Notes under the pieces: model-generated
What the model was told of the DNA's origin: nothing
What the model saw: only the letters and a program-made list of their open reading frames with translations
The model's database searches: none
In this document: in pieces, positions 8,961-20,364 of the stretch
How positions within the stretch are numbered: the first letter of the stretch is position 1
Layout of the letters: each line of letters begins with the position of its first letter
Assembly (NCBI GenBank): GCA_042095135.1
Contig: JBELBV010000006.1
Span: 6,699-70,698, forward strand
Source of the DNA: Flavobacteriales bacterium
Lineage (GTDB): Bacteria > Bacteroidota > Bacteroidia > Flavobacteriales_D > Sanyastnellaceae
Length of the DNA stretch: 64,000 nucleotides
Reading direction: 5' to 3'
Made by a program: the position numbers and the translations under genes

Positions 8961-9827
8961 TTGGGCATGCCTTTTGACCTGCCCTCTCCCAACCGGCCTT
9001 CCAACCGTTCAAACCGGCCCGCATCCCCTTCCGGAGCGCCAGGCCATTCCGGTCCCCGAAAGAAGGGACCCTATACCGGTCCCAAACGTCCACCCAAGGG
9101 CAGTTACGTCATGGGTTGGCATCCGGTCATCGAAGCCCTTGATGCTGGTAAAGAATTTCAAAAGGTCTTGATCCAAAGGGACGAAAAAGGCGAGCGTACC
9201 ACCGCTTTGGTTGCTCAACTGCGTGGGCTGAACATCCCTGTTCAACGGGTACCCAAAGAGAAGCTGAACCGCATCACCGTCAAAAACCACCAAGGCATTG
9301 TCGCTTTCCTCTCGCCCATAAGCTACCAGCCGTTGGAAGAGTTGATTGCTCGGGCTTACGAGGCCGGTGAAACGCCCTTGCTCGTCGCACTGGACGGTGT
9401 GACCGATGTCCGCAACATCGGAGCCATCGCGCGGAGCGCCGAGTGTTTTGGGGCTACAGCGCTGGTCATTCCCTCGTTTGGCGTTGCCCCCATTCAAGAA
9501 GACGCCATCAAATCGTCTTCCGGCGCCCTAGTGCGGCTGCCCGTCGCCCGCGTGCCCGACATGGCCCGTGCGTTGGAAGGCATCCAAGCCCAAGGCATGA
9601 CCTGCATCGCCCTTGACGAAAAAGCAGAGAAATCCATTCACACTCACCAAACCGACGGACCCGTCTGCCTCGTGATGGGCGATGAAGGCACTGGGATTTC
9701 CGAAGGAGTCGCACGGAAATGCGCGCTGCAACTACGATTGCCGATGACTGGCAAAACCGGAAGCCTCAATGTATCCGTCGCTGCAGGTATCGCATTATCT
9801 CATATTGCATTGTGGAAAGAAGCCTAA
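8961..9827 (+). CDS. rlmB: 23S rRNA (guanosine-2'-O)-methyltransferase RlmB / TrmH-family SPOUT methyltransferase
   Basis: SPOUT motifs are present (LDGVTDVRNIGAIARSAECFG, LVMGDEGTGIS, SLNVSVAAGI). The first 50 aa are Pro/Ser/Arg-rich low complexity. An alternative start is the ATG at 9111 (MGWHPVIEAL). Confidence 0.85.
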   Translation: MGMPFDLPSPNRPSNRSNRPASPSGAPGHSGPRKKGPYTGPKRPPKGSYVMGWHPVIEALDAGKEFQKVLIQRDEKGERTTALVAQLRGLNIPVQRVPKEKLNRITVKNHQGIVAFLSPISYQPLEELIARAYEAGETPLLVALDGVTDVRNIGAIARSAECFGATALVIPSFGVAPIQEDAIKSSSGALVRLPVARVPDMARALEGIQAQGMTCIALDEKAEKSIHTHQTDGPVCLVMGDEGTGISEGVARKCALQLRLPMTGKTGSLNVSVAAGIALSHIALWKEA

Positions 9828-9918
9828 CAGGCCTCTGAAAACACCCCGTCACGGCCGTTATCATTGTTTAGCGGGTTCCTTGTTGTAAGGCACCCCCCTC
9901 TTTCGCAATGAATCAACC

Positions 9919-11943
9919 ATGACGCCTACGCCGTTTTCCCGTTCAATGACCATCACCACCGCCTTGGTGGTTGGCATGGTACTGCTCAACTCCTGTGGTT
10001 CTCGTCATTTTTGGAAAGGACTTCGGATGTCCGAAAAGGAACGATACACGGAAGCCGCCACCAATTTGCACCGCGCATTGGCCAAATGGCCCAACGATAC
10101 CATGAGTTACAGGCTCTTGGGGCAAACCCAGATGCACCTCATGGATTTTGTCGCGGCCGAACGCACATTCGAAGAGTTGGGCTACCGCACCGCCCTCACC
10201 GCTGACGACCAATTGAACTACGCCAAATGCATGATGCAACAAGGCAAGTACGCCGAAGCCGCGGATGTGCTGGAATGGTTGATGGTCGAAGAGGATGCCC
10301 CCGAGTATGTGCAGCGCGTCTGGGACCGATGCACCTCCCAATTGCACGTGGATGAGGACACCCGGCATTGGCAAATCAGTCCTCTTCGCTTTCCCGGGCT
10401 GGAGACGGCGTCAGCCCCGCGCATAAGCCAAAACCGCATGTACTTCTGCAGCGAGCCATACCAATGGGGCCAGGCCGATCAAACGGCCCGACTGGACCGA
10501 AACGAAACCTGGTTCATGGATTTGGGCAACACCAGCCCCCACGTCATGCGGGCCAAAGAGGTCACCGCCATGAACCTACCGGATCACGACGGTATCATCA
10601 GCCTTTCGCCTGACGGACGCTCCATCGCCTACTCGAAGAAAAACAACCGCAGCGTCGGTTGGTTTGGGGACCCCATTGACGGTGGCTACCAGCTGCTGAT
10701 TGCATCCCGCACCGCCACAGGTGAGTGGGGCGAGGCGCGTCCATTCCCGTTCGTTGAGAAGGGCTATGTCTTCGCACACCCCACGTGGTCGCCCGACGGT
10801 AACCGCCTGTACTTCGCTACGGATCTCCCTTCACCGGAAGCCCAAGGCGGCATGGACATCTGGGTGTCTGAACGCAACGGCACGTTTTGGGAAGAACCCC
10901 TCAACCTCGGGCCTGAAGTGAACTCTGCGGGCGACGACGTCTTCCCCGCTTTCGATAGTAACGGACGCCTCTACTTCGCTTCCAATGGCCACCCCACCTT
11001 GGGCGGCTTGGACATCTTTTGGACAGAGATTGACCCCACCGCAAAACCCGAGACGCGCCACTGGCGTGACGGAGACGCATGGAAAACGCCCGTCAGAATG
11101 GCCTTCCCCATCAACAGCCTGGCTGACGACTACGCATTTGCTGTCGAATCGGATGGAACCCACGGATTCATCTGCTCCAACCGCGAAGGAATCGATGAAG
11201 TCTTTCGCGTCGAATACAATGAAGACGTCGCCGCATTCAATGTGGTGGTCACCGATTACGCCACTGGCGAAGTGTTGCCGCGTGTCCCCATCCGCTGGAT
11301 CGACTTGAAGGACGGCTCCGCATGGGACACCCGCACTTCCCTGGACGGGACACTCTCCATCAGCCTGCCGCCCAACCGTGGCTTCCAAGTGACCTGCGCA
11401 TTGCCGGGCTATTTGGTGACGCGTAAGTTCATCACCACCGATTCCACAGAACCGATATGGGAGGTGGAACTGGCGAAAATCAAGACGTTAAACGACAAGC
11501 GATTTGCCGACCGTTGGATGGGTGGCACGCCGTTCGAAATTGCAGGCTTGGAGTGGGAATCCGAGGCCCAAATGACCCGTGCAAGCGAGGTCAACCTTTA
11601 TAAATTGGTGGACTTCCTCAAGTTGAACCCAGAAGTCTTCCTCGAAATTCGAACGCATGAAGACGCCTCGGCTTGGGACTTGTTTGACCAACCGACCAAC
11701 CGCACGTCCAAGCTGCGATCCATTGAGATTGAATCCTTCCTACTCAAGGCCGGCGTTTCCTCGAAGCAGTTGATCAGCGTCGGCAAAGGCGTTGATGAGC
11801 TCCGGAACGGATGCTTACCGGGCGAGCCTTGTGCGTTCTACAACCACGAGGACAATGACCGTACCGAATTCCGCATTTATGGGCTCTTACAACAGACACC
11901 GGGCCAAATTGACCCGGTGCCGTTTATGAAGTCCGAAAAGTAA
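9919..11943 (+). CDS. TPR + PD40/TolB-like beta-propeller + C-terminal OmpA-like domain lipoprotein
   Basis: 674 aa. Lipoprotein signal (VLLNSCGS) and TPR-like N-terminal region. Repeated WSPDG / FPAFDSNGRLYFAS PD40-type motifs. The C-terminal region resembles an OmpA-like peptidoglycan-binding domain (LEIRTHED...NDRTEFRI). Confidence 0.75.
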   Translation: MTPTPFSRSMTITTALVVGMVLLNSCGSRHFWKGLRMSEKERYTEAATNLHRALAKWPNDTMSYRLLGQTQMHLMDFVAAERTFEELGYRTALTADDQLNYAKCMMQQGKYAEAADVLEWLMVEEDAPEYVQRVWDRCTSQLHVDEDTRHWQISPLRFPGLETASAPRISQNRMYFCSEPYQWGQADQTARLDRNETWFMDLGNTSPHVMRAKEVTAMNLPDHDGIISLSPDGRSIAYSKKNNRSVGWFGDPIDGGYQLLIASRTATGEWGEARPFPFVEKGYVFAHPTWSPDGNRLYFATDLPSPEAQGGMDIWVSERNGTFWEEPLNLGPEVNSAGDDVFPAFDSNGRLYFASNGHPTLGGLDIFWTEIDPTAKPETRHWRDGDAWKTPVRMAFPINSLADDYAFAVESDGTHGFICSNREGIDEVFRVEYNEDVAAFNVVVTDYATGEVLPRVPIRWIDLKDGSAWDTRTSLDGTLSISLPPNRGFQVTCALPGYLVTRKFITTDSTEPIWEVELAKIKTLNDKRFADRWMGGTPFEIAGLEWESEAQMTRASEVNLYKLVDFLKLNPEVFLEIRTHEDASAWDLFDQPTNRTSKLRSIEIESFLLKAGVSSKQLISVGKGVDELRNGCLPGEPCAFYNHEDNDRTEFRIYGLLQQTPGQIDPVPFMKSEK

Positions 11944-11952
11944 GAACGCGAA

Positions 11953-13263
<1,311 letters not shown>

Positions 13264-13330
13264 CTAGGATTGGGGTCATTTCCAAATCCTGTTCTTAAAA
13301 CCGCCGCGAAGTTACTGAATCAAACGGGAA

Positions 13331-14461
13331 TCACGCGGGCACAGCCGCCTGTTCCATATTTGCCACAAATTGGTCGAAGAGGTATCGGCTGTCGTGCGGC
13401 CCCGCAGAGGCCTCTGGATGGTACTGCACCGAGAAGACCGGACGGCCTTTCAACGCGATGCCTGCAACCGTATTGTCATTCAGATGGATGTGGGTCAATT
13501 CCACGTCCGAGTGGGCATCCAAAGAGTCGCGGTCCACAACAAAACCGTGGTTTTGCGATGTGATCTCGGCTTTGCCTGTAATGAGATTCTTGATGGGGTG
13601 GTTCACGCCGCGGTGGCCGTTGAACATCTTGACCGTCTTCAATCCCTGGCTCAAAGCCAATACTTGGTGCCCAAGGCAGATCCCAAACACGCTGCGGTCG
13701 GCCTCGACGAGTGCTTTGACCTTTTCGACCGTCTCCGTCATCGCACCTGGGTCTCCGGGGCCATTGGACAACATGATGCCATCAGGCTCAATGGCGAGCA
13801 TCTCCTCCACCGATGCATCCATCGGGAAAACGTGCACTTCACACCCGCGCTCTGTGAGGCATCGGACGATGTTCTTTTTGACGCCCAAGTCGAGCAAAGC
13901 CACCTTCAATCCCTTTTCTTTCCCAGCTGCAGGCGACGCAACATAGGGCTCGGAACACGTAACCTCACTGCTCAGCTCTAGTCCCTCCATGGACGGAACC
14001 TCGTCCAACTGACGCTTGAGTTCAGCCTCATCAGTACCGTCACTGCAGATGATGGCGTTCATCGCCCCTTTCTGTCGGATGTGGCGCACCAGCGCTCGCG
14101 TATCCACGTCGCAAATGCCCACCACACCGTCGCGGTCCATGTAGCCTTTCAAGGTCCCGCTGCCGCCAACGCGGCTGGCAATAGAGGAGAAATTTTTGGT
14201 CACCAATCCTGAGATTTGAATCCGATCCGACTCAACTTCTTCATCGTGCACACCGTAGTTCCCTACGTGGGCCGTGGCCATCACCAAAATTTGACGCAGG
14301 TAACTCGGATCCGTGAAGATCTCTTGGTACCCGTAAATTCCAGTATTGAATGCAATCTCACCGGTCGTTGTCCCAATGGCCCCGGCCGATTTCCCTTCAA
14401 AGCGTGTACCATCTGCCAGGATAAGAACTGCGGGTACTTTTTGCTCGCGTGAATGAACCAT
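13331..14461 (-). CDS. carA: Carbamoyl-phosphate synthase small (glutaminase) subunit
   Basis: GATase class-I triad region GICLGHQ and ...VQYHPEA. CarA-type N-terminal domain. The ATG at 14461 is preferred over the upstream GTG at 14488 that opens the tracked ORF. Confidence 0.93.
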   Translation of the reverse strand: MVHSREQKVPAVLILADGTRFEGKSAGAIGTTTGEIAFNTGIYGYQEIFTDPSYLRQILVMATAHVGNYGVHDEEVESDRIQISGLVTKNFSSIASRVGGSGTLKGYMDRDGVVGICDVDTRALVRHIRQKGAMNAIICSDGTDEAELKRQLDEVPSMEGLELSSEVTCSEPYVASPAAGKEKGLKVALLDLGVKKNIVRCLTERGCEVHVFPMDASVEEMLAIEPDGIMLSNGPGDPGAMTETVEKVKALVEADRSVFGICLGHQVLALSQGLKTVKMFNGHRGVNHPIKNLITGKAEITSQNHGFVVDRDSLDAHSDVELTHIHLNDNTVAGIALKGRPVFSVQYHPEASAGPHDSRYLFDQFVANMEQAAVPA

Positions 14462-14550
14462 GGTGCAAAAATACTCCTCCGATTTCACCCCTTCAACCTC
14501 AAAGCCATTTGATTTTTCCTCAATCGGTTCACCGTGCTGTGAAAAGCCTT

Positions 14551-14584
14551 AAAACAAAACGGGAGGCCTTGAAGCCTCCCGTTT
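14551..14584 (-). terminator. Rho-independent terminator downstream of rplQ
   Basis: Perfect 11-bp stem AAACGGGAGGC / GCCTCCCGTTT with a 6-nt loop. On the minus strand it is followed by TTTTGTTTT. Confidence 0.7.
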
Positions 14585-14606
14585 CATCGTCCTTGGTGAA
14601 AAGGGA

Positions 14607-15350
14607 TCAGTCTTTCTTTTCTTCTTCTGCGTCGTCAGCAGCCTCTTCGGCGGCAGGTGCCTCCTCAGCGGCGGCTTCAGCAGCAGGTGCTTCCTCAGCA
14701 GCAGCTTCAGCAGCAGGTGCCTCCTCAGCGGCGGCGTCAGTAGCAGGCGCTTCTTCAGCAGCAGGCGCTTCTTCAGCAGCAGCTTCAACAGCTGGCGCCT
14801 CCTCAGCGGCGGCTTCAGCAGCAGGTGCTTCCTCAGCAGCAGGCGCTTCTTCAGCAGCAGCTTCAACAGCTGGGGCCTCTTCCACTACCGCTTCAGTTGC
14901 AGCCGCTTCAACAGCAGGAGCAGCAGCGGCTTTCGCACCGCCACGGCGTGAACGGCGTGAACGCTTCTTCTTCGCTTCGGTTCCGTAGATGTCGTTGAAG
15001 TCAACGAGCTCAATCATGCACATTTCAGCGTTGTCACCCAAACGGTTTCCGGTGCGGATGATGCGTGTGTAGCCCCCATCGCGGCTGGCCACCTTTGGTC
15101 CTACCGAACGGAACAACTCAGAGACTGCGTACTTATTACCGAGTGCACTGAATGCGATACGACGGCTGTGCGTGGTGTCCTCTTTAGAACGCGTAACAAG
15201 CGGCTCCACAAACTGGCGCAACGCTTTCGCTTTTGCCACAGTGGTAGAGATGCGCTTGTGCTCAATCAGTGAGCACGCCATGTTGGACAACATGGCCTTA
15301 CGGTGTGCGGTCTTGCGACCGAGGTGATTGAAATTCTTATTGTGCCGCAT
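14607..15350 (-). CDS. rplQ: 50S ribosomal protein L17 with long C-terminal basic + Ala/Glu/Pro-repeat extension
   Basis: The N-terminal ~120 aa are canonical L17 ([21 protein letters not shown]...). They are followed by [14 protein letters not shown] and ~100 aa of APAAE-type repeats. Total length is 247 aa. Confidence 0.95.
   Translation of the reverse strand: MRHNKNFNHLGRKTAHRKAMLSNMACSLIEHKRISTTVAKAKALRQFVEPLVTRSKEDTTHSRRIAFSALGNKYAVSELFRSVGPKVASRDGGYTRIIRTGNRLGDNAEMCMIELVDFNDIYGTEAKKKRSRRSRRGGAKAAAAPAVEAAATEAVVEEAPAVEAAAEEAPAAEEAPAAEAAAEEAPAVEAAAEEAPAAEEAPATDAAAEEAPAAEAAAEEAPAAEAAAEEAPAAEEAADDAEEEKKD
14610..14930 (-). repeat. In-frame tandem repeat array inside rplQ (nested 18-, 30- and 78-nt periodicities)
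   Basis: The near-identical 26-aa blocks [26 protein letters not shown] and [26 protein letters not shown] occur in tandem. Two [10 protein letters not shown] units follow. At the DNA level gcaggcgcttcttcagcagcagcttcaacagctgg recurs 78 nt apart (14761 and 14839). Confidence 0.9.
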
Positions 15351-15354
15351 GACT

Positions 15355-16347
15355 TCACTCTTTGTCGAGTTTGTATTTGCTCACATCCATTCCGAATGAG
15401 AGGTTTTTGTTCTCGACCAAATCCTCCAATTCCGTGAGGGACTTCTTACCGAAGTTTCGGAATTTCAACAGGTCGTTCTTGTTGTAGCTCACTAATTCGC
15501 CCAACGACTCGATGTCGGCTGCCTTCAAGCAGTTCAACGCACGAACACTGAGGTCCATATCGCTCAATTTGGTCTTGAGCAACTGGCGCATGTGCAAGCT
15601 GGTTTCATCGAATTCTTCCACTTCAACGCGCTCCTCGAGCTCAAGCGAAATGCGCTCGTCGCTGAACAACATGAAGTGTTGGATCAAAATCTTCGCTGAC
15701 TCCTGCAGGGCGTCCTTCGGTGAAATGCTGCCGTCGCACTCGAGGTGCAAAACGAGCTTTTCGTAGTCCGTACGCTGCTCAACACGGTAGTTTTCTACTT
15801 CGTACTGAACATTGCGGATGGGCGTGAAGATTGAATCCATGGCAATAGTGCCGATGGCAGCGCCTTCGCGCTTGTTCTCTTCAGCTTGAACGTAACCACG
15901 GCCTTTGCCGATGTTCAATTCCAACGTCAACGAGACCGACTCATCCATATTGCAGATGACGTGATCGGGGTTCATGACCTGGAAGGCTGAGGTGAATTGA
16001 CCGATGTCGCCGGCAGTGAAAGCCTTCTGGCCACTCACCTTGACAGTAACAGTCTCACCATCGGTGCCTTCGATCTGTCGCTTAAAGCGAACTTGCTTCA
16101 AGTTGAGAATCATCTCGGTCACATCCTCTTGGATGCCTTTGATGGTGCTGTACTCGTGCTCAACGCCGTCGATCTTCACGCTTGTAATAGCGTGGCCTTC
16201 CAAAGAAGACAACAAGATGCGACGAAGCGCATTGCCTACGGTGATACCAAAACCTGGCTCAAGGGGTCGGAATTCAAAGGTGCCGTTGAACTCTGTAGAG
16301 TCCAACATGATTACCTTGTCTGGTTTCTGGAAATCTAGAATTGCCAT
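15355..16347 (-). CDS. rpoA: DNA-directed RNA polymerase subunit alpha
   Basis: 330 aa. [12 protein letters not shown]..., [14 protein letters not shown]-terminal domain ...[14 protein letters not shown]. Confidence 0.97.
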   Translation of the reverse strand: MAILDFQKPDKVIMLDSTEFNGTFEFRPLEPGFGITVGNALRRILLSSLEGHAITSVKIDGVEHEYSTIKGIQEDVTEMILNLKQVRFKRQIEGTDGETVTVKVSGQKAFTAGDIGQFTSAFQVMNPDHVICNMDESVSLTLELNIGKGRGYVQAEENKREGAAIGTIAMDSIFTPIRNVQYEVENYRVEQRTDYEKLVLHLECDGSISPKDALQESAKILIQHFMLFSDERISLELEERVEVEEFDETSLHMRQLLKTKLSDMDLSVRALNCLKAADIESLGELVSYNKNDLLKFRNFGKKSLTELEDLVENKNLSFGMDVSKYKLDKE

Positions 16348-16365
16348 GTGTCTCAGGTTTTTGGA

Positions 16366-16971
16366 TTACTTCGAGTACAGTTCGACGATGAGGGACTCCT
16401 TGATGTTTTCAGGGATTTGCTCACGCGTTGGTACGCTGATGAATGTACCGGACATGTTCTGCGTGTTCCAGTCCAACCACTCCAATCGCTTGGGGGCTGC
16501 ACCGAGTGCGCTGGTGATGACCGTCATTGACTTGCTCTTCTCACGCACGGCTACTACGTCACCTGGACGCAAGCGGTACGAAGGGATGTTGACCACGTGG
16601 CCGTTCACCATGATGTGACGGTGGGTGACCAACTGGCGCGCTCCGCGACGGGAGTTGCCAATGCCCAAGCGGAACACCACATTGTCCAATCGGCTTTCGC
16701 AGAATTGGAGCAAAATTTCACCGGTGATGCCGGGACGAGCGTTGGCTTGCTTAAACATGTTGGAGAATTGCTTCTCCAAGATTCCGTACGTGTACTTCGC
16801 CTTCTGCTTTTCAGCGAGCTGTACAGAGTACTCAGATTCCTTCTTTCGGCGGCGGGTATTGCCGTGCTGGCCAGGGCCATACGGGCGGCGCTCGAGCGCT
16901 TTATCTGGGCCGAAGATCGCCTCCTTAAAACGGCGGCTGATTTTTGATTTGGGTCCGCGGTAACGTGCCAT
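16366..16971 (-). CDS. rpsD: 30S ribosomal protein S4
   Basis: [15 protein letters not shown].... 201 aa, in the canonical position. Confidence 0.97.
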   Translation of the reverse strand: MARYRGPKSKISRRFKEAIFGPDKALERRPYGPGQHGNTRRRKKESEYSVQLAEKQKAKYTYGILEKQFSNMFKQANARPGITGEILLQFCESRLDNVVFRLGIGNSRRGARQLVTHRHIMVNGHVVNIPSYRLRPGDVVAVREKSKSMTVITSALGAAPKRLEWLDWNTQNMSGTFISVPTREQIPENIKESLIVELYSK

Positions 16972-17005
16972 ATCGGATTACTGTTCTTAGGTTCGACGAT
17001 GAGAA

Positions 17006-17389
17006 TTAGACGCGACGACGCTTTGGTGGGCGGCATCCGTTGTGTGGGAAAGGCGTAGCATCGATGATCTCGATGATTTCGATTCCCATGTTGTGCAATG
17101 CGCGCATGGCGCTCTCGCGGCCCGCTCCTGGACCTTTTACAAATGCTCGGATTTTACGCAACCCGAGGTCGTGCGCTTCGCGACCGCAATCTTCCGCAGC
17201 AACCTGTGCAGCGTAAGGCGTGTTTTTCTTGGAGCCCCGGAAACCCATCTTACCGGCGCTTGACCATGAAATCACTTGGCCATTGTTGTTGGTCAGCGAA
17301 ATGATGATGTTGTTGAAGGATGAGTGGATGTGGGCTTGGCCTGTGGCCTCCACAACGACTTTCTTCTTTTTCTTGACGTTCTTCGCCAT
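17006..17389 (-). CDS. rpsK: 30S ribosomal protein S11
   Basis: 127 aa. ...[27 protein letters not shown]... Confidence 0.97.
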   Translation of the reverse strand: MAKNVKKKKKVVVEATGQAHIHSSFNNIIISLTNNNGQVISWSSAGKMGFRGSKKNTPYAAQVAAEDCGREAHDLGLRKIRAFVKGPGAGRESAMRALHNMGIEIIEIIDATPFPHNGCRPPKRRRV

Positions 17390-17438
17390 CGTCTTAATTT
17401 TTAGGTGATCAGTTCCCGAGGGAACTCAATGAATGCGT

Positions 17439-17807
17439 TTATTTCTTCTTGTTCGCAACGGTCTTACGCTTGCCCTTACGGGTGCGTGAGTTGTTCTTGG
17501 TGCGCTGTCCTCGCAACGGCAAGCCGTTACGGTGACGGATGCCTCGGTAGCTACCGATGTCCATCAAACGCTTGATGTGAGATTGAACTTCCGATCGCAA
17601 CTCCCCCTCCACTTTGAAACCTGTGGAAATGGCGTTACGGACCGCACCGATTTCGTCATCGGTCCAGTCTTGAACTTTCTTGTCTTCTGACACTCCACAT
17701 TCCGCGAGCAATTGAGTAGCTCGGCTACGGCCGATGCCGTAGATGTAAGTGAGTGCAATAACACCCCGCTTGTTGCGAGGAATATCGATACCAGCTATAC
17801 GTGCCAT
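17439..17807 (-). CDS. rpsM: 30S ribosomal protein S13
   Basis: [26 protein letters not shown].... 122 aa. Confidence 0.97.
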   Translation of the reverse strand: MARIAGIDIPRNKRGVIALTYIYGIGRSRATQLLAECGVSEDKKVQDWTDDEIGAVRNAISTGFKVEGELRSEVQSHIKRLMDIGSYRGIRHRNGLPLRGQRTKNNSRTRKGKRKTVANKKK

Positions 17808-17833
17808 GGGCGATGGGTTTGGCTACGACAGGA

Positions 17834-17950
17834 TTAACCCTGACGTTGCTTCATTTTAGGATTCTTCTTATTAATGACATACAAGCGGCCTTTCCGACGA
17901 ACAATCTTGCAGTCGGCAGTACGCTTTTTAAGTGAAGCACGGGTTTTCAT
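17834..17950 (-). CDS. rpmJ: 50S ribosomal protein L36 (non-zinc C-minus form; not in ORF track)
   Basis: Hand translation gives [38 protein letters not shown]. It sits between rpsM and infA as expected. Confidence 0.92.
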   Translation of the reverse strand: MKTRASLKKRTADCKIVRRKGRLYVINKKNPKMKQRQG

Positions 17951-17957
17951 AGTGCAA

Positions 17958-18179
17958 TTATTTCTTGTATCTGAACGAGATTCGACCTTTTGTCAAATCG
18001 TAGGGAGACATATCCACTCGCACGCGGTCACCGGGCAAGATTTTGATGTAATACATCCGCATCTTTCCTGAAATGTGGGCCGTGATGATGTGCCCATTTT
18101 CCAATTCAACTCGGAACATTGCGTTGGACAATGCTTCGAGGATCGTGCCGTCTTGCGTTATGGACGCTTGTTTCGCCAT
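17958..18179 (-). CDS. infA: Translation initiation factor IF-1
   Basis: 73 aa. ...[32 protein letters not shown]... Confidence 0.96.
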   Translation of the reverse strand: MAKQASITQDGTILEALSNAMFRVELENGHIITAHISGKMRMYYIKILPGDRVRVDMSPYDLTKGRISFRYKK

Positions 18180-18208
18180 ATGATTTAATCTCTGGTTAGA
18201 GTATCGTT

Positions 18209-18997
18209 TTAGTATTGTAAGACTTTTTCTATTTCGTCAAAACTTGAGAGAACGTCCGCTCGGCCTTTGCGCACCACGATGTCGTGTTCGAAGTGTGCAC
18301 TCACCTTGCGATCTGCCGTCACAATCGTCCAGCCGTCTTCCAAGTGGAAGACTTCCTTTCGACCGAGGTTGATCATGGGCTCGATGGCCAAAACCATTCC
18401 GTCCATCAAACGCGGACCGTTGCCGCGTCTGCCGTAGTTGGGGACTTCCGGTGCTTCGTGCAACGAACGACCCAACCCGTGACCCACCAATTCTCGAACC
18501 ACTCCGTAGCCGTTTTGTTCGGCGTGTTGCTGGCAAGCAAATCCGATGTCTCCGATTCGTTTACCAACCACCGCTTGCTCAATGGCAAGTCGGAGGCATT
18601 CTTTGGTGACGTCTAGTAGCTGCTGAACTTCCGGTGCAATTTCGCCCACCGCAAAGGTGTACGCACTGTCGCCGTAAAATTCATTCTTCAACACCCCACA
18701 ATCGATGGACACGATGTCCCCTTCTTCCAAAGGCCGATCGTTTGGGATGCCGTGCACAACCGCCTCGTTGACGGAGGTGCACAAGGAGTTTGGAAACCCT
18801 CCGTACCCCTTGAAGCCTGGTTCTGCACCGTGGTCGCGAATGAATTCTTCAGCAACCACGTCGAGTTCCAGTGTCGTAACCCCCGGACGAATCCGACTGG
18901 CTACGGCAGCTAACGTTTTCCCTACAAGCAAAGAACTTTCCCGAAGGAGCTCGACCTCTTCGTCCGTTTTGATATGCACGCGTCGGCCGAAACCCAT
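18209..18997 (-). CDS. map: Type I methionyl aminopeptidase
   Basis: 262 aa. Metal-ligand context: [19 protein letters not shown] and a C-terminal ...HFEHDIVV. Confidence 0.94.
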   Translation of the reverse strand: MGFGRRVHIKTDEEVELLRESSLLVGKTLAAVASRIRPGVTTLELDVVAEEFIRDHGAEPGFKGYGGFPNSLCTSVNEAVVHGIPNDRPLEEGDIVSIDCGVLKNEFYGDSAYTFAVGEIAPEVQQLLDVTKECLRLAIEQAVVGKRIGDIGFACQQHAEQNGYGVVRELVGHGLGRSLHEAPEVPNYGRRGNGPRLMDGMVLAIEPMINLGRKEVFHLEDGWTIVTADRKVSAHFEHDIVVRKGRADVLSSFDEIEKVLQY

Positions 18998-19003
18998 TTC
19001 AGG

Positions 19004-20353
19004 TTATCCCGCAATGCCACCCACAGGAGACTGCGGACGGCTACGCAATTTTCCGGACTTCATCAAACCGTCGTAGTGACGAGAGAGCAGGTAGCTCTCG
19101 ATTTGCTGAAGGGTATCCAGAATGACCCCAACCATGATCAACAGCGACGTACCGCCGAAGAAAATGGAGAAGCCTTGCGCTTTTGTTAATCCGAGGCTGA
19201 ACACGATTGCCGGCAAAATGGCAATCAAGGCCAGCATCAATGAACCGGGTAACGTGATGTTGGACAACACGCGCTCCAAGAAATCCGCTGTGGGCTTTCC
19301 TGGCTTCACACCCGGAACGAAACTGTTTTGACGCTTCAAGTCATCCGCCATTTGGTTGGGGTTGACCGTAATCGCCGTGTAGAAGTAAGTAAAGACCACA
19401 ATCATCACGAAGAAGATCAGGTTGTACCATAAGCCATTGAAATCAGACAAGCTCTGCAACGCCGCATTGTCCTGGAACGTTTCGCTCTGCGTGAGGTACA
19501 AGGGCACGAACATGATTGCCTGAGCAAAGATGATCGGCATGACACCGGCAGAGTTTACTTTCAAGGGGATGTAGCTGCGCGCGCCCTCGCCTTGTGGGAG
19601 ATGCGTTCCACCGGCTTGCATCTTGGCCATCTGCACAGGCACTTTACGCAACGCTTGTACCAAGGCAACGCTAGCACCTATAATGATCAACAAGAAGGCA
19701 ATCTCCACCAAGAAGAAGAACACAGACGTGTCCGGGTGGATGAATTCTTGAATGATCGCTTGCGGGAACGTAGCGATGATGCCGATCATGATGAGCAAGG
19801 AGATACCGTTGCCCACACCTTTGTCGGTTATGCGTTCACCCAACCACATGATGACCAGGGTTGAACACACCAAGATCAACACCGCACTGAACCACCAAAA
19901 CGTTGAAGGATTGGCAACCGCTCCGGGAACGCCCGCTACCGAAGTCGCGAGATAACCAGGCGCCTGCACCAACGTAATGGCAATGGTCAAGAAACGCGTG
20001 TATTGGTTGATTTTCTTCCGGCCGCTCTCGCCTTCAGCTTGCATCTTCTGAACCGCGGGTACAGCAATGCCCAACAACTGAATGATGATCGATGCCGAGA
20101 TGTATGGCATAATGCCCAATGCAAAGATTGAGGCACGCGTGAAAGCTCCACCCGTGAACAAGGACAACAAGTCGCCCAAGCCGCCGCTTCCGGACTGAGC
20201 CATCTGCTCAGCCAAAACGTCGCTGTTCACACCAGGGATCACGATGAACGAGCCGATTCGGTAAACCAAAATCAAGCCCAGGGTTATGCCCAACTTCTGG
20301 CGCAACTCTTCGTGCTTCCAGATATTCGAGATCTGAGTGAAAAAATTCTTCAT
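19004..20353 (-). CDS. secY: Preprotein translocase subunit SecY
   Basis: 449 aa, polytopic membrane protein in the canonical spc-operon position. ...GIMPYISASIIIQLL... Confidence 0.96.
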   Translation of the reverse strand: MKNFFTQISNIWKHEELRQKLGITLGLILVYRIGSFIVIPGVNSDVLAEQMAQSGSGGLGDLLSLFTGGAFTRASIFALGIMPYISASIIIQLLGIAVPAVQKMQAEGESGRKKINQYTRFLTIAITLVQAPGYLATSVAGVPGAVANPSTFWWFSAVLILVCSTLVIMWLGERITDKGVGNGISLLIMIGIIATFPQAIIQEFIHPDTSVFFFLVEIAFLLIIIGASVALVQALRKVPVQMAKMQAGGTHLPQGEGARSYIPLKVNSAGVMPIIFAQAIMFVPLYLTQSETFQDNAALQSLSDFNGLWYNLIFFVMIVVFTYFYTAITVNPNQMADDLKRQNSFVPGVKPGKPTADFLERVLSNITLPGSLMLALIAILPAIVFSLGLTKAQGFSIFFGGTSLLIMVGVILDTLQQIESYLLSRHYDGLMKSGKLRSRPQSPVGGIAG

Positions 20354-20364
20354 CTGAGTGAGGT

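Noticed and set aside
14449-14988. A plus-strand ORF encoding an (ASSAAG)n-like Ala/Ser repeat protein.
   Set aside because: It is the reverse complement of the L17 Ala/Glu repeat array and overlaps the carA start and the rplQ terminator. It is an artefact of the repeat.
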